64,000 nt of DNA, from contig JAZDMS010000017.1 of NCBI GenBank assembly GCA_043800705.1, positions 1,975-65,974 on the forward strand, written 5' to 3'. The translations under genes were made by a program, and so were the position numbers. The DNA is from Candidatus Altiarchaeota archaeon (GTDB lineage Archaea > Altiarchaeota > Altiarchaeia > IMC4 > SCGC-AAA252-I15). Below, in pieces: positions 45,160-54,379 of the stretch; the first letter of the stretch is position 1; every line of letters begins with the position of its first letter. The notes below the pieces were generated by a model. That model worked only from the letters and a program-made list of their open reading frames with translations. It was not told the DNA's origin and searched no databases.

Positions 45160-45525
45160 TCAGGTGCACGGCGAACATCCGATCGCGCCCATGCCGCAGT
45201 TGAATACCAGCGGGAAGGCCGCCGTAGAGCCCTTTGCCATTGAAATTTGGGCGGCGTCGCAGTATATGCACATGAGGCCGCAGTAGCTTGCAGCGACGAG
45301 GATGCCTATCACGACGTATATCATCCCCTTCTTCGCCTCCTGCCTCTCGTTCGCGCTGTCTGCGATTATCCACTTTGCGCCGAGTATGATCATGATCATC
45401 CAGGCGATAGCGTATGTGAGGGCCTGCATCGTGGGGATCCATGTGTAAGGGGCGGTAGCAGCGACCTGCAAGGCCAGGGCAGGAACGATGGCGAACTTCA
45501 AAAGGAACCTTCTTATCATAGACAT
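45160..45525 (-). CDS. Small membrane protein with a Cys-rich C-terminus (121 aa)
   Basis: It has about three hydrophobic helices. The tail is CGLMCIYCDAAQ...FNCGMGAIGCSPCT. Confidence 0.45.
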   Translation of the reverse strand: MSMIRRFLLKFAIVPALALQVAATAPYTWIPTMQALTYAIAWMIMIILGAKWIIADSANERQEAKKGMIYVVIGILVAASYCGLMCIYCDAAQISMAKGSTAAFPLVFNCGMGAIGCSPCT

Positions 45526-45558
45526 TGATATATACTCTATCGTCCCCGGTAAAAAACC

Positions 45559-45975
45559 CTATTCCCCGATCAGTTTGACTACCAGCTCCCTCTCCCTTTT
45601 GCGGCTGTCGCATTCTATGAAAACCGCCTGCTGCCACTCACCGAGTGTGAGCTTTCCGAAGCTGAATGGGATGGTCAGGCTGGGGCCAATGATCGTAGCC
45701 CTTACATGTCCGCTTCCATTGTCGTCGCCCCATGTCAGATGGTGCGCGTATTCCCACTTTTTTGGAGCTATCCTCTCGAGGGCTGCTGGAATGTCCTTGG
45801 CCAATCCTGGCTCGAATTCGACTGTGGACAGGGCGCCGGTGGAGCCCGGGCAGAATACCGTCGCGATGCCGTCATTCAGCCCGGATGAATCGACCAATGC
45901 TCGCAATTCGTCGGTTATGTCGGTCATCCCATCAGGCTCGGAGCTTAACCGGATGGAACGCGTGACGATCGCCAT
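45559..45975 (-). CDS. YjbQ/UPF0047 family (secondary thiamine-phosphate synthase enzyme)
   Basis: GIATVFCPGSTGALSTVEFEPGL...HVRATIIGPSLTIP matches the family pattern. Confidence 0.8.
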   Translation of the reverse strand: MAIVTRSIRLSSEPDGMTDITDELRALVDSSGLNDGIATVFCPGSTGALSTVEFEPGLAKDIPAALERIAPKKWEYAHHLTWGDDNGSGHVRATIIGPSLTIPFSFGKLTLGEWQQAVFIECDSRKRERELVVKLIGE

Positions 45976-45982
45976 TGCAGGC

Positions 45983-46957
45983 TCACCCGATTATTTCCGC
46001 ACGCGCGTTGTTCGTCCTGGTCTCTATCACCCTACCTCCAAGGCCCTTCCAGGAATCCTTCAGGGCGCCTGAATCCTCCCTGACCAGGGCCACCGTCGCG
46101 GGGCCCGTGCCCGAAAGCCCGGCCGCAATCGCCCCCGTCTCCAATGCCAGAAGCGTTGGCTCCGGATTCAGCCGGAAGGCGGTGGAATGTATGAGTCCGT
46201 TGAGTGTTATCGCCTGGTAGATCCTGCCGGAGCGCGCGTTCTCCCATAGCATGTCGATCTCCTTTGCGAACCCCCTCACCTGTTCGGTCTTGATTCCTCC
46301 GGTATGTATCTTCCGCTCAGGCAGATGTATCAGGACATTCAGGGTCTCCTCCATTCCGCCGTGGTATACGACCCTGCGTTTGTCGTTCTCGGTCAGCGTG
46401 TATCCGCCCAGGTAGGAGGCGCTCGCGTCGTCCAAGGCGCCGGTAACTGTCACTTTGGCGTCGAATGCCGCGTCTACTCCGATATTTATGATTTCGATCG
46501 GGGATATGGCCTTTCCGTCGATAATGATCTCCTGCTCGTCCCTCGTCTTGCTCAGCCTCTTCCGGCAGACGTCTCCCCTCTCCTTGGCGATCACGCCAAC
46601 GGTGGCCAGGACTATTGCATTCGCAGCCACGCTGGAACTTTTCAGTCCCGCCGCAACCGGGATGTCCGTCTCGGTTACGACATTGGCCCCGGTAAAATCG
46701 ACATTGAACCGCGCCAAAGCCCTCTTCACGGCTGCCTCTGCCAATTCCACGCCGACTGATTCTTCACCGTTGACTATCGAACGCACTGAGTTCGAATCGT
46801 CAAACTCCACGGTCGTCCTGTTCTCCAACCCTATCCCGTACGCTCCCCCTCTGCCTGTCGCAAATGCGGTTATGATGGTTGCTGCACCATTGCACTTTGA
46901 GCTGGCTTTCACGTCTATAAATAACGTTTGGTTTATATTTAACTGTGATGGGCTCAA
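45983..46957 (-). CDS. Archaeal (GHMP-kinase-type) shikimate kinase
   Basis: The GHMP motif is PVAAGLKSSSVAANA. The N-terminus ATIITAFATGRGGAYGIGL is typical. The start is uncertain: there is no in-frame ATG, so it is TTG at 46957 or GTG at 46912. Confidence 0.75.
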   Translation of the reverse strand: MSPSQLNINQTLFIDVKASSKCNGAATIITAFATGRGGAYGIGLENRTTVEFDDSNSVRSIVNGEESVGVELAEAAVKRALARFNVDFTGANVVTETDIPVAAGLKSSSVAANAIVLATVGVIAKERGDVCRKRLSKTRDEQEIIIDGKAISPIEIINIGVDAAFDAKVTVTGALDDASASYLGGYTLTENDKRRVVYHGGMEETLNVLIHLPERKIHTGGIKTEQVRGFAKEIDMLWENARSGRIYQAITLNGLIHSTAFRLNPEPTLLALETGAIAAGLSGTGPATVALVREDSGALKDSWKGLGGRVIETRTNNARAEIIG

Positions 46958-47223
46958 GGGCGCATGTTTTCGTGACCGGAAGGGTTCAGGGTATTTTTTT
47001 CAGGCAGCGTCTGTGCGACATCGCCAGGTCATTGTGCGTATCCGGCTGGGTCAGGAACCTAGAAGACGGCAGGGTAGAGGCTGTATTCGAAGGCGATCCA
47101 GAATCTGTCAAAACAGCGGTCAAATGGTGCCGAAAAGGCCCCGAAGGAGCGTCGGTCGAAGATGCAGTAGTCGACTATGCCGAAAAGGCTGAAGGGATTG
47201 GGGGATTCAACATAAGGCACTGA
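46948..47223 (+). CDS. acyP: Acylphosphatase
   Basis: It carries the VTGRVQGIFFR and GWVRNLEDGRVE signatures. Confidence 0.88.
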   Translation: MGSRAHVFVTGRVQGIFFRQRLCDIARSLCVSGWVRNLEDGRVEAVFEGDPESVKTAVKWCRKGPEGASVEDAVVDYAEKAEGIGGFNIRH

Positions 47224-47224
47224 C

Positions 47225-47737
47225 ATGAAAACAAGGTTAGCCAAATTCCTGCCGATTGAAAACTTCGTCATAGAAACCGGATTAAGTGCGGCTGAAGTCT
47301 CCGGCAGGATAGCATCTTCCACCTCTTTCGAAAAATCCTTCGGCTCAAGGCTGATGAGCGTCCGGAAGAAACCTTTTGAAGGCATTAAGACCGCGGGCGG
47401 CTACCGTCTATTCGGTTTTCAGGGCCGAAACAGCTTCTTCTCTCCTATAACCGATGCCGGAATACGCGAAAGCCCTTCGGGATCAGAGGTACACGTCCGG
47501 ATGAGGCTCGAATACTGGGTCCTCGGCCTGATAGCGATATGGCTCGGGTTCAGCGGCCTTATCGCTCTTGTAAATGCAGCATATGCCCTGTCCTCTGAAA
47601 ATACCCTGTCAGCGAAGATGATCGGTGTGTTATTTCCGGGGATTTTATTCTCATTGGGCTATCTTGCATGCATCATCGGATTCAAGCTCGATTCGAGGAA
47701 TATACGGGCATATCTGGACGCCCTTTTTAAGAAATGA
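47225..47737 (+). CDS. Hypothetical membrane protein (170 aa)
   Basis: It starts 1 nt after the acyP stop and has two C-terminal TMs. Confidence 0.5.
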   Translation: MKTRLAKFLPIENFVIETGLSAAEVSGRIASSTSFEKSFGSRLMSVRKKPFEGIKTAGGYRLFGFQGRNSFFSPITDAGIRESPSGSEVHVRMRLEYWVLGLIAIWLGFSGLIALVNAAYALSSENTLSAKMIGVLFPGILFSLGYLACIIGFKLDSRNIRAYLDALFKK

Positions 47738-47829
47738 CGTCAGAGCCTGCTGTCACATACACCCCTATTTAAAGGATTCATCTAATGATATAATGATAAA
47801 AAAATGATTTAATCGTTATGAGGTGAACT

Positions 47830-47964
47830 ATGTCAAGAGCTAAAATTATGGACCATCCGATAGCGCACGGTGATGTTGAGAATGAGGACCGGATAATATT
47901 CCTCGTGGTCGGTATCGTGGTTACCGTCATTGTGTTCATTGTAATGAAGGTTTTGGAGATTTGA
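47830..47964 (+). CDS. Possible small single-TM peptide (44 aa, MSRAKIMDHPIAHGDVENEDRIIFLVVGIVVTVIVFIVMKVLEI)
   Basis: It is below the track cut-off. The ATG is preceded by GAGGTGA 4 nt upstream. A clear TM segment is present. Confidence 0.35.
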   Translation: MSRAKIMDHPIAHGDVENEDRIIFLVVGIVVTVIVFIVMKVLEI

Positions 47965-48017
47965 GCCTTAACTGGTTTTCAGCATAGAATATGCTGAAAT
48001 CCATTTTTCTTAATCTT

Positions 48018-50270
48018 CTAATATCCCCCCAAGTCTATTCTGTTGGTCAGTTGCAGGCTTTCCACATGTACGTGCGTCACCAAAATCACCTGGCCTTGAA
48101 CGGCTATCCTGTTGAGCGATTCCCCCAAGAGTTCCCGGTGTCTTTCGTCAAGGCTTCCGAACGGCTCGTCTAATATCAGCAGACGCATCGGCGACATGAG
48201 GTCTATCAGGGCTATCCTTAAAGCCAGGGCGATCTGGGCCAGCTCTCCCCCGGACATCTGACTGGCGGAAAGTTCCCCGTCCGTCGTGCGTATGACCATG
48301 TTATAGTCCCTATCGAAGAGGGCGTCAAGGTATCTCGGATTCTCGTTGAATCTCTTAAAATGATACGTCAGCATGCCATTCAGCCGTGTCATGAAACCCT
48401 CCCTGAGGTACCTGACGATGCCTCGATCCCTGTGGAAGATGTCCCGTGCCCCCTTCAACAGGGCAAGATGCCTGCCTCCCTCCTCGAACCTCTTTCTAAG
48501 GCTCGAAAACGCATTATACGACTCTTCAAGGGTCTGCATCTGATGTTTCAGCCGCTTCTCATCCGCCTGCGCGGACTTCAATGTGGAATCGATCTCATAT
48601 TTCATGTTTGTCAGCCTGTCCCTTTCGGAATTGGCTAATTTTAGCTCTGATTCGTCGAATCCTATCGTCCCCAGCCGTTCCTCAGTAATTTTAAGCCGCT
48701 TGGACGATGATGCTATCATGTCTTCGATCGCGGATTTTCTCGCCTGAAGGGAACCTGTCTCTGAAATCTCCTTCTGCAGGGCCTGCATCCGGCCTTCCAA
48801 CTTTTTCAATTCGCCGTATTTGGCTTCCACCTCCTGGATCTGCTCGCCCGCATACCCCAGAACACACATTTCAGCGAGGATGGCATGTCTTTTGAATGAA
48901 AAACCCTCATGCTGGCTCTCCCGCTCTGATATTTCCCCCGTCAAATGTCTGGCTTCCGCTTCAAGCTCCTTCAGCATCGATGTTCTGCCCTCGGCCTTCT
49001 TCAATTCCTCTGCCAAATGCCTGATATCCGGCTCCTGTTGCCTAAGCCTTATCCCTATCGCGGATTCCTTGTCCGAAGATTCCCTGACCTGCTTTTCCAT
49101 GACGAATGCGTTTATCTTTTGGCCGCACGTCGGACAGCTGGGCTTCCCGTCCAAGGCGGTAAGCTGCCGCCTGTAGTCGGCGACGTCCCTAAGCCTGGCC
49201 GAATCCGATGCGTATTCCGCATCTTTCCGTTTCAGCTCCTCTGTCAGCGTTATCCTATAATCTTCCGCATTTTTCGTGTCTTTCAGGGTTTCGGAAATTG
49301 TTTTGAGCCTTTCCTTTTTGACGCTCAATGATGCGAGGTTGGATATGTTGTCTTCTATTGCCCGAAGTTCGATGAGCTTCTGCCTTATCCTTTCATAAGG
49401 GGTTAGGCCCAGTTTTGCGTCAGACAAGACGGCCAATTCCTCGTTCCTTGTGGAAAGTTGTCCAAGCCTTTTCAAAACAGCTTCAAGTTCTTTCTGATGC
49501 GAAGCCTCCTCAAGCTTCAACCCAGACCTCACCAGGTTGAGTGAATCGATCTCGCTTTTCATCTGAGCGATCGATGAAAGGCGCTGCTGCCAGGTTTCAA
49601 GCTCCCCCTTTACGGCCTCTTTTTTGTCGGAAAAAGCGGTGATGCCGATCATCAATTCATCCAACTGTCTCTGGCAGTCAACTTTTTGGCTCTGATAAAG
49701 TTCCTCAAAATTCTCAGGATGCCTCTTCAACTCATCCCCCAGGAACATTACCCTCATTTCAGCCTCCTGAACCTCTAAACCGGCCTTTTCCCAGACTTTT
49801 TCCAATCTGTCCAATCCAAACAGACGATCCATCTGAAGCTTTCCATCCTTTCCGGAAAGCTCTTCCAGAATGTTTGTGAGACCGTTTTGGGGGATGTAAA
49901 GCAGTTTGTCCAGGACGTCTTCAGAAAGCAATGACTCCAAACGCTGATGGACATTGGACGGATTATCGGCGATTTGTATCCCGGAACCATGCATGGTCGC
50001 AGTGGATGGTTTCTCTACATGTAATGCCTTGTCTACGACATAGGTCACACCTTCAGACTCGAATGTGAGCCTTACCGATGCGCTCCTGCACCCGTTGCGA
50101 ATCCTCCTGGAATAACCCCTGGCAGTCTCCGCAAAGGCGAAACGCAAAGCCTCAAGGACGCTGCTTTTTCCCGTTCCGTTGCGTCCTTCTATCTGCAGCC
50201 CGCCGGACAAGTCCAGCTCCAGGCTAGTATGGGTGCACCAGTTAGTCAATTCCAGGCGAAGAAGACGCAT
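48018..50270 (-). CDS. Rad50/SbcC-like SMC-family ATPase with a central CxxC zinc hook (750 aa)
   Basis: Walker A is GRNGTGKSS. Long coiled-coil-type sequence follows. CPTC at residues 379-382 (nt 49125-49136) sits exactly mid-protein. The signature motif is SGGELAQIALALRIAL and Walker B is LLILDEPF. The ATG at 50270 is used because the track start is TTG. Confidence 0.75.
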   Translation of the reverse strand: MRLLRLELTNWCTHTSLELDLSGGLQIEGRNGTGKSSVLEALRFAFAETARGYSRRIRNGCRSASVRLTFESEGVTYVVDKALHVEKPSTATMHGSGIQIADNPSNVHQRLESLLSEDVLDKLLYIPQNGLTNILEELSGKDGKLQMDRLFGLDRLEKVWEKAGLEVQEAEMRVMFLGDELKRHPENFEELYQSQKVDCQRQLDELMIGITAFSDKKEAVKGELETWQQRLSSIAQMKSEIDSLNLVRSGLKLEEASHQKELEAVLKRLGQLSTRNEELAVLSDAKLGLTPYERIRQKLIELRAIEDNISNLASLSVKKERLKTISETLKDTKNAEDYRITLTEELKRKDAEYASDSARLRDVADYRRQLTALDGKPSCPTCGQKINAFVMEKQVRESSDKESAIGIRLRQQEPDIRHLAEELKKAEGRTSMLKELEAEARHLTGEISERESQHEGFSFKRHAILAEMCVLGYAGEQIQEVEAKYGELKKLEGRMQALQKEISETGSLQARKSAIEDMIASSSKRLKITEERLGTIGFDESELKLANSERDRLTNMKYEIDSTLKSAQADEKRLKHQMQTLEESYNAFSSLRKRFEEGGRHLALLKGARDIFHRDRGIVRYLREGFMTRLNGMLTYHFKRFNENPRYLDALFDRDYNMVIRTTDGELSASQMSGGELAQIALALRIALIDLMSPMRLLILDEPFGSLDERHRELLGESLNRIAVQGQVILVTHVHVESLQLTNRIDLGGY

Positions 50271-50323
50271 CAAAAAAGAATAGGGCCTGCAGGCTATTTA
50301 ATCGAGCCTTCCAGATAAATACC

Positions 50324-50902
50324 ATGCCCACCCTTACCATTACTGCGCACCCCAATGAGCTCAATCTGAAATTTCTCAAACAGCTTGAGAGCAAGGGAAT
50401 AAACTGCGACGCCAGCGGCCTCATGCAATTCCCGGTCAAAGTTCGGAGTCTTCCCGTCTCTGATGAGGGGGAACCGGTAGACTCCCTCTATTCCTTAAAA
50501 GCAGGTCAAAGAGTCGGTCTCACGCTAACTTCCAGACAGCGGAAGCATCTGAATCCGAAGAGAGTGTCCCTTAAACTCCCTAAAGTGTTCGTACACACCT
50601 GTAACTTCGTTTCCGCGGAAACACTTAAGCAGGGACTGGAAAGGCGGAAACAATTCACGGATCCGAAAGAATTCGAGGGAATGACAACTAGCAGAGAAAT
50701 CATCCACGGCATGAGGATACCGTCCGATCGCCTAACGATAGTCCTCCGGGAGATTCGACAAACGGAAAATTTCGGCATGCTGGGCCCGCATTCGTTGAAC
50801 TATTTTACCCCCCAAGAGGCTAAATATCTCCGAGAAGAGCTGGAAAAACGCTTCCCAAAACCCCCGAAGAGACAGACAAATAAGATCGACAGAATAAGAT
50901 AA
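50324..50902 (+). CDS. Hypothetical protein (192 aa), divergent from the Rad50-like gene
   Basis: Clean basic ORF. I recognise no motif. Confidence 0.5.
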   Translation: MPTLTITAHPNELNLKFLKQLESKGINCDASGLMQFPVKVRSLPVSDEGEPVDSLYSLKAGQRVGLTLTSRQRKHLNPKRVSLKLPKVFVHTCNFVSAETLKQGLERRKQFTDPKEFEGMTTSREIIHGMRIPSDRLTIVLREIRQTENFGMLGPHSLNYFTPQEAKYLREELEKRFPKPPKRQTNKIDRIR

Positions 50903-50903
50903 G

Positions 50904-50924
50904 AGGGCGGGCTTCTCCCGCCCT
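50904..50924. terminator. Perfect 8-bp GC hairpin between convergent genes
   Basis: AGGGCGGG-CTTCT-CCCGCCCT lies immediately after the stop at 50902 and 8 nt from the ppsA stop. Confidence 0.45.
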
Positions 50925-50931
50925 TAAAAGA

Positions 50932-53376
50932 TTATTTGGCCTTTATACCCAACTGATTCTCCTTCTCCGCTATCCTCAGGCGGGTCTTGATGACCGTGTC
51001 GGGGTTCAGGCTTATCGAGTCTATGCCGCATTCGACAAGGAACTCGGCGAACTCCGGGAAATCGGACGGCGCCTGGCCGCATATGCCTATCTTCCTGTGC
51101 TTTTCCCTCGCGACGGTTATGACCTGCCTTATGAGCCTCTTCACGGCGTCGTTGCGCTCGTCGTAGATGTGCGCGACAAGCTCGCTGTCCCGGTCGAGGC
51201 CAAGCGTCAGCTGGGTCAGGTCGTTGGAACCGATGCTGAACCCGTCGAATATCTCGCAGAACTGGTCTGCTAAGATGACGTTGGACGGGATCTCGCACAT
51301 AACGTAGACTTCAAGCCCGTTCTCGCCCTGGACGAGGCCGTTCTTCCTCATCTCCGCGATGACGGATTTGCCCTCCTTTACGGTCCTGCAGAAGGGTATC
51401 ATCAACTTCAGGTTCGTGAGACCCATGTCGTTTCTGACCTTCAGGATCGCCTTGCATTCGAGGGCGAACGCATCCGAGTATTTCGGGTCGTAATACCTCG
51501 AAGCGCCCCTCCATCCGATCATAGGGTTGTCTTCCGTCGGCTCGTATTCCTTGCCTCCGAGCAGGTTCGCATATTCGTTGGTCTTAAAGTCCGAAAACCT
51601 CAAAATGACGTCTTTCGGGTAGAAGGCGGCCGCAATATGCGCCACACCCATCGCCAGCCTGTCGATGAAGTACTGCTTCTTGTCGTCGTAGCCGTAGGTC
51701 ATCTCATCTATTTTCGCCTTTACCGCCGGGTCCTTTATCTTGTCGTAGTTGATGAGCGCCTTCGGGTGGATGCTGATGTAGCTGTTTATGATGAACTCCT
51801 CCCTTGCTAGGCCGACTCCGTCGTTCGGGATGAAAGACTGCTCGAACGCGTTCTCTGGTATCCCCACGTTCATCATTATCTTCGTCCTGGTCTGTGGTAT
51901 GTTGCCTATGTCCATCTCGTCCTTGTGGAATTTCAGCCTGCCCTTGTAGACGAATCCCTTCTCGCCCTGGCTGCAGTCTACCGTTATCTCCTGCCCTGAG
52001 ACGAGTTTCTCCGTCCCGGACTCGGTTCCGATGACGCACGGTATCCCAAGCTCCCTCGATATGATCGCCGCGTGACACGTCCTTCCTCCGCGGTTGGTAA
52101 CGATGGCGGACGCGATCTTCATTATCGGCTCCCAGTCGGGATCGGTCATATCCGTCACCAGCACTTCACCTTCCTGGAATTTTGCGATGTCGTGGACTTC
52201 CTTGATGACGTTCGCGATGCCTGCGCCGATCCTGGAGCCTACTGACTCTCCATCAACCAGGATTTCGCCCTTCTGATCAAGAACGTACTGTACCAGCTTG
52301 TTCAGGTTCTTCCTGCTCTGCACGGTCTCAGGCCTCGCCTGGACAATGAACAGCTGGTTCAGTTTCCCGTCCTTCGCCCATTCCATGTCCATCGGCTTAA
52401 ACTGGCCAGCCTTCTCCGTATAATGGTCTTCTATGATGCAGGCCCATCTTGCCAGCTGCAGCACCTCGTCGTCGGTGAGACAGAACTTCTTTCTGTCCTC
52501 CGCGGGGACGTCGATGTTCTTCGTAAGCTTGTTGCCGTCGTGGGCGTAGATCATCTTGATCTTCTTGGCGCCGACCTTCTTGTTGATTATGGGCTTCTTG
52601 CCGGCTTTCAATGTCGGCTTGAACACATAGTATTCGTCCGGCGTCACCGCGCCCTGCACGATGTTCTCTCCGAGTCCGTATGAGCCTGTAACGAAGACGA
52701 CGTCCTTGAACCCGGATTCGGTGTCTATGGAGAACATGACGCCGCTGCATGCCTTGTCCGAGCGCGCCATCTTCTGGACGCCGATCGAGAGATATATGTT
52801 GAAGTGGTCGAAGTTCTTGTCGACCCTGTAGGATATAGCCCTGTTCGTGAACAGGCTGGCGAAGCATTTCTTGCATGCGTCCAGAAGCTCCATCTCGCCC
52901 CTAATGTTCAAGTAGGTCTCCTGCTGGCCTGCAAAAAAGGCGTCGGGAAGGTCTTCCGCCGTCGCGCTCGAACGGACGGCAACGTCGCACTGGTCGCCGT
53001 ACTGGCTGCAAAGGTTTGCGTAAGCGTCGAATATGCCCTTCTTCAGATCATCTGGGAACTCACAACCGCGTATAATATCCCTCACCCTGTGGCCCCTGTC
53101 CGCCAGATTCTCCATATTGCGCGTGTCCAGGTCGGATAGGATTTGCCTGATCTTATCCTGCACCCCCGCCTCCTTCAACAGGTATCTGTATGCCGATGCC
53201 GTGATGGCGAAACCGTTCGGCACGTTCACTCCCTTAGGTGTCAGATTCCGGTACATCTCCCCAAGCGATGCGTTCTTGCCCCCGACTAATGGCACGTCTT
53301 CTATCCCCAGCTGGTCAAACCATAAGATATACTCCTCATTCCTGTCTGTCATTTGGATACCCCCCAATTTTTCCAT
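50932..53376 (-). CDS. ppsA: Phosphoenolpyruvate synthase (pyruvate, water dikinase)
   Basis: The motifs are VPLVGGKNASLGEM and the phospho-His motif GGRTCHAAIISRELGIP, followed by a C-terminal PEP-utilising domain. The alternative ATG at 53352 has GGGGGGT upstream. Confidence 0.93.
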   Translation of the reverse strand: MEKLGGIQMTDRNEEYILWFDQLGIEDVPLVGGKNASLGEMYRNLTPKGVNVPNGFAITASAYRYLLKEAGVQDKIRQILSDLDTRNMENLADRGHRVRDIIRGCEFPDDLKKGIFDAYANLCSQYGDQCDVAVRSSATAEDLPDAFFAGQQETYLNIRGEMELLDACKKCFASLFTNRAISYRVDKNFDHFNIYLSIGVQKMARSDKACSGVMFSIDTESGFKDVVFVTGSYGLGENIVQGAVTPDEYYVFKPTLKAGKKPIINKKVGAKKIKMIYAHDGNKLTKNIDVPAEDRKKFCLTDDEVLQLARWACIIEDHYTEKAGQFKPMDMEWAKDGKLNQLFIVQARPETVQSRKNLNKLVQYVLDQKGEILVDGESVGSRIGAGIANVIKEVHDIAKFQEGEVLVTDMTDPDWEPIMKIASAIVTNRGGRTCHAAIISRELGIPCVIGTESGTEKLVSGQEITVDCSQGEKGFVYKGRLKFHKDEMDIGNIPQTRTKIMMNVGIPENAFEQSFIPNDGVGLAREEFIINSYISIHPKALINYDKIKDPAVKAKIDEMTYGYDDKKQYFIDRLAMGVAHIAAAFYPKDVILRFSDFKTNEYANLLGGKEYEPTEDNPMIGWRGASRYYDPKYSDAFALECKAILKVRNDMGLTNLKLMIPFCRTVKEGKSVIAEMRKNGLVQGENGLEVYVMCEIPSNVILADQFCEIFDGFSIGSNDLTQLTLGLDRDSELVAHIYDERNDAVKRLIRQVITVAREKHRKIGICGQAPSDFPEFAEFLVECGIDSISLNPDTVIKTRLRIAEKENQLGIKAK

Positions 53377-53384
53377 AATCCTGC

Positions 53385-53801
53385 CTAAGGCCAGAAACTC
53401 CCCGACCCGAACCCCTCATACGGCCTCCTGCGGCCGAACTCGTCGTCGTAGACCTTTTTGGAGACGTCATTGTCCTTTTTTACCTCCCCCAGGTCTGCAA
53501 CCTCCTGTATCTCCCCGTATTTTCCTATGTTTAGCCTAATCGACCCTTTGAAGAGGGTAACGTATCCGTTGATCAACTGGTATGTCTTCCCCTCTGTGAC
53601 CTTCTCCAACGAGTCGTCCCACAGCGTCAGGAGCACCGTCCCCGTACCGTCGCCCACGATCGCTTCCGTAACGGCGTGCTGCGTCCTGTCCTTCTTGGAC
53701 CTGACGTTTTTTACGCTGTCCAAACTGACGACCTTAAATGATGTATTGACCCTCTTGCTCTTCGGTGACAACTCCCCTACCCTGATGAATTCCTCAGCCA
53801 T
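53385..53801 (-). CDS. Single OB-fold ssDNA-binding protein (SSB/RPA-like)
   Basis: VNTSFKVVSLDSVKNV...GDGTGTVLLTLWDD...GYVTLFKGSIRLNIGKYGEI is a typical OB fold. A flexible tail follows. The ATG at 53801 is used because the track start is TTG. Confidence 0.7.
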   Translation of the reverse strand: MAEEFIRVGELSPKSKRVNTSFKVVSLDSVKNVRSKKDRTQHAVTEAIVGDGTGTVLLTLWDDSLEKVTEGKTYQLINGYVTLFKGSIRLNIGKYGEIQEVADLGEVKKDNDVSKKVYDDEFGRRRPYEGFGSGSFWP

Positions 53802-53995
53802 CTTCCCAACCAACCTATAATGTCTATCTATTCGTGTTGGGGTTTATAAGGGCCCCAAGCATGATCTGCGGATTCGACGGAAACGGAGAGTCGTTAGATA
53901 AGAAACAGTGTGAAAATCGCCATAGGGTTGGGTAGGGTACTTAAACCCGCCTTGTCTTTTTGACAGGCACCCGCACTTTCAGCCATCCGCCTAAG

Positions 53996-54124
53996 CATGA
54001 TGGTACTTTCTTCGACACCACATCACTCCTGGGAGCATCCCGTCGAAACGGAGACACACGGACCCCCTATAAGGGTCTTTTATGGGATGTCTACATGGAC
54101 GGATTACCCAATTTCCCCGCGCCA
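53996..54124. repeat. Copy 1 of a duplicated non-coding element of about 125 nt
   Basis: It shares these blocks with copy 2, in the same order: TGATGG, CACATCACTC (54019-54028), TTATGGGATGTCT (54080-54092), GATTACCC and CCCCGCGCCA. Confidence 0.65.
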
Positions 54125-54218
54125 CCTACACGCAATTTGGGCGCTATAGGGTCAGAGTGGGGGCTTTTAGACCTCACCTTCCAGGGAAAGTATCTCCCGC
54201 CACGCCACCTCTTTTTAT

Positions 54219-54340
54219 CGTGATGGGTTTTTCGGACATCACATCACTCTTTTAGCGACCAGCCGAAGCCGGGCCGACAAACTATATCTGTTTGCCTTAT
54301 GGGATGTCTTTCGGGAAGATCACCTGATTACCCCGCGCCA
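54219..54340. repeat. Copy 2 of a duplicated non-coding element of about 125 nt
   Basis: The same blocks occur at 54240-54249, 54297-54309, 54326-54333 and 54331-54340. Confidence 0.65.
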
Positions 54341-54370
54341 AAATTTCGTATTACAAGATATGATTAAGTA

Positions 54371-54379
54371 ATATAAATA
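54371..54379 (-). promoter_or_regulatory. TATA-like box upstream (minus strand) of the duplicated element
   Basis: The minus strand reads TATTTATAT, about 30 nt upstream of the first conserved block of copy 2. Confidence 0.25.

Larger units (their letters stand above)
53900..54345 (-). ncRNA. Candidate structured non-coding RNA of unknown family containing two homologous halves
   Basis: 599-nt gene-free gap. On the minus strand a TATA-like box lies at 54371-54379 and T-runs at about 53897-53915. The UUCG-capped hairpins need G-U pairs that exist only on the minus strand. The ends are guesses. Confidence 0.35.

Noticed and set aside
53960-54223. 87-aa ORF in the large non-coding gap
   Set aside because: It has no RBS or convincing start, its composition is odd, and it spans the spacer and one copy of the duplicated element. 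The hairpin covariation supports an RNA on the opposite strand instead.
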